This document shows, piece after piece, positions 23,241-27,428 of a stretch of DNA of 27,428 bases. The notes below the pieces were generated by a model. The model saw only the letters and a program-made list of their open reading frames with translations. It ran no database searches and was not told where the DNA came from. Source of the stretch: a virus (lineage: Duplodnaviria; Caudoviricetes); IMG/VR virus record IMGVR_UViG_3300037461_000785, positions 1 through 27,428 of that record; one strand, 5' to 3'. Positions within the stretch are counted from its first letter, which is position 1. Each line of letters starts with the position of its first letter. Made by a program: the position numbers and the translations under genes.

Positions 23241-24347
23241 ATGGCTACTATAATAGGAAATAATCAAGTTAAATTAAACAGCGGACAGACTGTTCAAGCT
23301 CAACAGGGAGGATGGTATGACGGACAGCAATTCTGGGGCGGTACACTATCCCAACCGGGACAGATAAACTCGTTAAGTAACCAACAGGGAGCCGGACAAG
23401 CTGTTTCCCAGGATGTAATTGCTCAGACTAATCCGGCTAATGTTGCCTATATAAACCAGCAAAGACAAAAAACAGGGCTTCCTCCTTCACCGGTACAAGC
23501 TCCGGTAAACCAACCGGCAGCAGTCCAGCCAACCGGACAAACTTCAGCAGGAACAGGTGCAGGCGTGGGAATTACGCCTCCAGCAACCATAAATCTACCT
23601 TCTTTATATGAAAGTCTATATGCTTCATCCGGTATAAGGGATATTGAAGCTCAACTTTCAGCCAAGACTAATGCTTATAACGAACAGGTAGCCAAAATTA
23701 AGGACAATCCTTATTTATCAGAAGCAACCATGACCGGCAGGATTGCAAAACTAGACCAGAAATTTGCTGCCGATAGTGCAGCGATTAAAAATGATATTGC
23801 TACTAAAAAAGCGGATATTGAAACACAGCTTAATCTTCAGACTAAACAATTTGATATTAATTCACAGGCAGCACAACAGGCATTTTCCCAGTTTAATTCA
23901 CTTTTGTCAGCAGGGGCTTTAAATGATGCTAGCGGGGAAGATATTGCCAATATTACAAGAGCAACTGGTATCTCAAGCGATATGATATATAGTGCTATAA
24001 ATGCTCAGAAAAAGAAAAATGTTAATACTTCAGTTATTCAGTCAACGGCAGATTCAGGCGAAGTAACAGTGAGTGTAATAAATACCGATACAGGAGAGAT
24101 AATCAAACAGTCGAGTCTAGGTAAGATAGGTAACCAACAGAAGGCAGCCGAACCAAAAGAAGCAACAACAGCAACACAACAATCTTCAGTAGGACAAATA
24201 CTTAGTTCATACTTTTCCAATGAAGCACAACAAGCCCAAATATCTCCGGAAGATTTATATAGAGAATTATTATTAAAGTTTCCTTTGGCATCAAGTTATA
24301 TACAGGAAAATTGGACAGCAGACGATATTAGAAAAGCTACACAATAA
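23241..24347 (+). CDS. Q/A-rich putative internal virion (ejection) protein
   Basis: AGGAGG SD upstream, low-complexity Q/P/G N-terminus, coiled-coil middle, located after the adaptor gene. Confidence 0.5.
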   Translation: MATIIGNNQVKLNSGQTVQAQQGGWYDGQQFWGGTLSQPGQINSLSNQQGAGQAVSQDVIAQTNPANVAYINQQRQKTGLPPSPVQAPVNQPAAVQPTGQTSAGTGAGVGITPPATINLPSLYESLYASSGIRDIEAQLSAKTNAYNEQVAKIKDNPYLSEATMTGRIAKLDQKFAADSAAIKNDIATKKADIETQLNLQTKQFDINSQAAQQAFSQFNSLLSAGALNDASGEDIANITRATGISSDMIYSAINAQKKKNVNTSVIQSTADSGEVTVSVINTDTGEIIKQSSLGKIGNQQKAAEPKEATTATQQSSVGQILSSYFSNEAQQAQISPEDLYRELLLKFPLASSYIQENWTADDIRKATQ

Positions 24348-24352
24348 TATGT

Positions 24353-26773
24353 ATGGACAACAATATAGTAACAAGTTTTTTTTCAAGTTTAGGACAACCG
24401 CAAGCCACTCCTGGTTTACAATCAAATAATGTTGTAAGTGAATTTTTCGGCAGTATTAAGCCAACCACAAGAAAAACAGTACAACCTGTTTTAAAACCGC
24501 AACCACAGCCAAATATAATTCAAAAAGCAATCAATTATATCAATCCTCCTATGGTATCTCCTTTACCTGATGAAAAACCTAAGAGCTTTTTGCAAAAACT
24601 GGATGAGGTTATTGCTGAAAAGTTAAATAAAGTCAGGGAGGTAAAAAGTAAAAACATAATTCCCGGAGGATTAAAAGGTGCAAAAGAACGTATAACTTCA
24701 ATACCTCTTAAAGAATATGTTTTACCTCTTGCTACAAAAGCGGAACCAGTTAGGCAATATGGTAAAAATGCTCTGGAAAGTGCTGTTAATTCGATAACAG
24801 GAATAGCTAAATTTACACCGGCTTACATGACTGCTAGGGCAGCCATAAATAAACCGGTATCAGCAAGAGAATACTTAGGAAATCTAATCAATACTCCACT
24901 TAGTATATTTAGTACTGCTTGGCATCTAAATCCGGAAGCTCCTGCATTTGGAGCAATAATGGGAGAACTTAAAACATTAAGGAAAAAATATCAGGAAAAA
25001 GGAGTAAATATCGGATGGAATGATTTAGCCGATGTTATAGAAGGAGCAACAAAAGGTATAGGGGAACAACCTGGAGTTGGTTCGGTAATAACAGATAATG
25101 TAGAACTAGCTCAGAAAATAGATACTGTATTCATGGCTGCAATGTTTGCTAAACCTATTATTTCTAAAAAAATAAGAAAAATAGGAATTAAACCATTACC
25201 GGAAAAAGTTACAGAAGTAAGTAAGGTTTCTGTTGAAGAAACAATGAATAAACAATCAGAGGCTTATCAAAAAGCTCCTTATGCTAAAGCCGATACTAGA
25301 ATAAACGATTTAATTAAGACTTCAGAAACTCTTGAAGGAAAACAAATTGCTCAACAGAGATTACAAACAGCTATTCAAAATGAACAAATTAAACCTGATA
25401 AAGATGGTAAGATAACCGTCTATCGTGTTGGTGAACCTAAAACCGACTATTACAGTGTAACTTATAACGAACAGTCAGCCAAAACAATTCAAGCAGAACG
25501 AAAGGCTTTGTTACATAAAGAAGAACCTATTACTAGCCAAAAAATATCCCCAGACCAGATAGTTACTTTTATTGGAGACGTGGATAAGGAATTGGTAATT
25601 AAATCTCCCTCTTCTAAAGGAGTAGGGGAAGTAACTAAACCCGTCATAAAACCGGTCATAAACGAGGCTAAACCCGTCATAAAACCTAATATAGAGACAA
25701 TAAGTAAAGAACAAATTGCAAACTCCAAAACTATAAAAGATATTAAAACATCACTTAGGAATATTAAGACAGAATATACTAACCTAATTACCGAAGCTGA
25801 AGGTAAATCAGTCCTTGCTCAAGAACAAAGAAGCGGATTAAATACAAACGATATAAATACTCTTAAAAGAATATATAACAAAAGTGAGAAATTCCAAGCC
25901 GGTGATATTGAAACAATTAGAGCCAGCAGTTCTAAAGATTTAGTAAACAGAGTGATTGAAAACGTGCAGGAGAAATATCCGGAAATGAGTGAACAGGAGG
26001 CTTTTGACTATGCCATCAAACTGCCTACTAAAGCTCAAGAGGCGGTTAAACCGGATATTAAAGGTTTAACTGAAAAAGAGAAAGTTCTTAAGAAGTATTT
26101 AGAGGTTTTAGATAAGAAACAAAAAGAACTGACTAATAAACTCGCAACACAAAAGGAAAATGAGATTTATAACGAATGGAAGGAAGTTATTGTTGCTCAA
26201 GAACAGTTGGCTAGAATAATTGAAGTACCCAGAGAACAACTGCCGGTAGGTGAGGGTAAAGTTAAAGTGAGCCGACTTGAGGCAAGGGTAAAAAAAGCTT
26301 TGGATGATACTTCACCGGAAACAATCGAAAAACTCGGTTTAACTACTTATAACCAGATGGTAAGAAAAGAAACTATTAAACAGGCTGTGGAATATGTAAC
26401 CAGTAATCCGGAAGAGGCAATAAAAGTTTTAACCGGAGACGCACAAGCTCCTAAAGGTTTACCTAGAAACTCAATCTATGTTGCTATGGAGAATATGGCT
26501 AAAGATGATCTTGAACTAGCTAGAAAATTGGCTACTCTTTCTTCTACCAGATATGGACAGGAAATAAATATATTAAAAGAAATTGATCCTAATTCTCCGG
26601 TTAAGCGGATAAATGATATTATTCAAATTAAGGAGGAATCTTTTCAAAAAAAATACAAAGGACAGACTGTAAAATCAGTTAAGGATAAAGTTGTCAGACA
26701 AATTAAAGATTCGGTTAAGAAGGTCGATAAATACGATTGGAATAAATTTATAGATAGTATAGATACTTGTTAA
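24353..26773 (+). CDS. Large putative internal virion/ejection protein with a central ART-like segment
   Basis: 806 aa, K/E-rich and helical, with ITVYR...YSVT...DKELVI. Its only Cys is the last residue. Confidence 0.55.
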   Translation: MDNNIVTSFFSSLGQPQATPGLQSNNVVSEFFGSIKPTTRKTVQPVLKPQPQPNIIQKAINYINPPMVSPLPDEKPKSFLQKLDEVIAEKLNKVREVKSKNIIPGGLKGAKERITSIPLKEYVLPLATKAEPVRQYGKNALESAVNSITGIAKFTPAYMTARAAINKPVSAREYLGNLINTPLSIFSTAWHLNPEAPAFGAIMGELKTLRKKYQEKGVNIGWNDLADVIEGATKGIGEQPGVGSVITDNVELAQKIDTVFMAAMFAKPIISKKIRKIGIKPLPEKVTEVSKVSVEETMNKQSEAYQKAPYAKADTRINDLIKTSETLEGKQIAQQRLQTAIQNEQIKPDKDGKITVYRVGEPKTDYYSVTYNEQSAKTIQAERKALLHKEEPITSQKISPDQIVTFIGDVDKELVIKSPSSKGVGEVTKPVIKPVINEAKPVIKPNIETISKEQIANSKTIKDIKTSLRNIKTEYTNLITEAEGKSVLAQEQRSGLNTNDINTLKRIYNKSEKFQAGDIETIRASSSKDLVNRVIENVQEKYPEMSEQEAFDYAIKLPTKAQEAVKPDIKGLTEKEKVLKKYLEVLDKKQKELTNKLATQKENEIYNEWKEVIVAQEQLARIIEVPREQLPVGEGKVKVSRLEARVKKALDDTSPETIEKLGLTTYNQMVRKETIKQAVEYVTSNPEEAIKVLTGDAQAPKGLPRNSIYVAMENMAKDDLELARKLATLSSTRYGQEINILKEIDPNSPVKRINDIIQIKEESFQKKYKGQTVKSVKDKVVRQIKDSVKKVDKYDWNKFIDSIDTC

Positions 26774-26780
26774 AAAATAT

Positions 26781-27428
26781 ATGGCATTTTGCTTAACGAT
26801 CGAGGAAAAAACAAAATTTAAAAGGGCATTAAAAAACAGGGAAATTGATCCTGCTGTATTGGAAAAGTGGGATAGTCTTAAAAGGCGTGAATATCTTGCT
26901 AAATATGTTGGGAATAATGCTTCTAAAGTTAATGCCTTGTTTGAAAGTAAATTACTGCTTAAGAATAAGAAAGCCGGATGGATTTCCTGGGCTAAAAAAA
27001 CAGGAGGAATATCTTCCGGAGCTAAAAAGGATATGATTTCAATGATTCAGAAACTAGATAAAGTATTTAATCCGGCTGAGGAAGAAATGTTTCTACAGGA
27101 TCTAGCTGCTCAAAAACTTAAAGTAGGAGTTACTCAACAAGAAGCTAAGGTTATTTTTGACTTATCAAGTAAAATAACCAATCTTAATGAAAAAGCCAAT
27201 AAGGAAGGGGTATTTTCAAATGAAAATGATCGTCTTGAATACGGTGATACTCAATATCAGATAGAAGAATATATTAATAATATTAAAAGAGAAGCTAAAG
27301 GTTTTAATACTGTAGATGTAGTAAAAGAATCTCCGGGGGTATTAAAATCACTTCAATCTACACTTGATAACTCATTCTTCGGTAGACAGGGGATTAAAGT
27401 CTTATACAATAATCCGCTTGTTTGGATA
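26781..27428 (+). CDS. Large putative internal virion/ejection protein (3' partial; absent from the ORF track)
   Basis: Manual translation is open to the window end: MAFCLTIEEKTKFKRALKNREIDP...LKSLQSTLDNSFFGRQGIKVLYNNPLVWI (216 codons). Confidence 0.8.
   Translation, partial: MAFCLTIEEKTKFKRALKNREIDPAVLEKWDSLKRREYLAKYVGNNASKVNALFESKLLLKNKKAGWISWAKKTGGISSGAKKDMISMIQKLDKVFNPAEEEMFLQDLAAQKLKVGVTQQEAKVIFDLSSKITNLNEKANKEGVFSNENDRLEYGDTQYQIEEYINNIKREAKGFNTVDVVKESPGVLKSLQSTLDNSFFGRQGIKVLYNNPLVWI

Noticed and set aside
25635-25686. 19-bp direct repeat ctaaacccgtcataaaacc
   Set aside because: In-frame KPVIKP linker duplication with no sign of a regulatory or mobile role.
26845-27036. 63-aa ORF in the track
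   Set aside because: It overlaps the longer open frame 26781..end, which is the credible gene.
1-27428. Alternative genetic code, tRNA/rRNA genes, specific host assignment
   Set aside because: All three stops terminate genes and coding density is high in the standard code. No RNA gene pattern was seen. Scarce SD sites hint at a Patescibacteria-like host but do not establish it.

Overview
All real genes in this AT-rich window lie on the + strand and read in the standard code. It looks like the late (virion) region of a tailed phage or prophage, probably podovirus-like; no capsid, terminase or integrase gene is visible and the host is not determined. A ~13 kb, tightly coupled glycan operon (1195-14336) sits between virion genes. 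It has its own sigma70-type promoter and opens with an unannotated ribbon-helix-helix gene and a DUF2829/Tad2-like gene. It then encodes four glycosyltransferases, four SAM methyltransferases, a transaldolase, GmhA, a GHMP kinase, a nucleotidyltransferase, a CX5R phosphatase and several oxidoreductases. Three of the glycosyltransferases carry DxH and W-x-x-GG...H motifs like polypeptide GalNAc transferases. Four flanking virion-type proteins carry long Ser-X repeat tracts, about 1000 residues in total. The best reading, which is an inference, is a self-contained phage system that makes a heptose or octose nucleotide sugar and builds a methylated, mucin-like O-glycan coat on its own particle. 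Downstream are tail and adaptor genes and large ejection-type proteins, one with an ADP-ribosyltransferase-like domain. The window also has two HNH-AP2 endonuclease genes and three copies of a conserved, apparently leaderless promoter. All family calls come from motif recognition by eye, not database searches.
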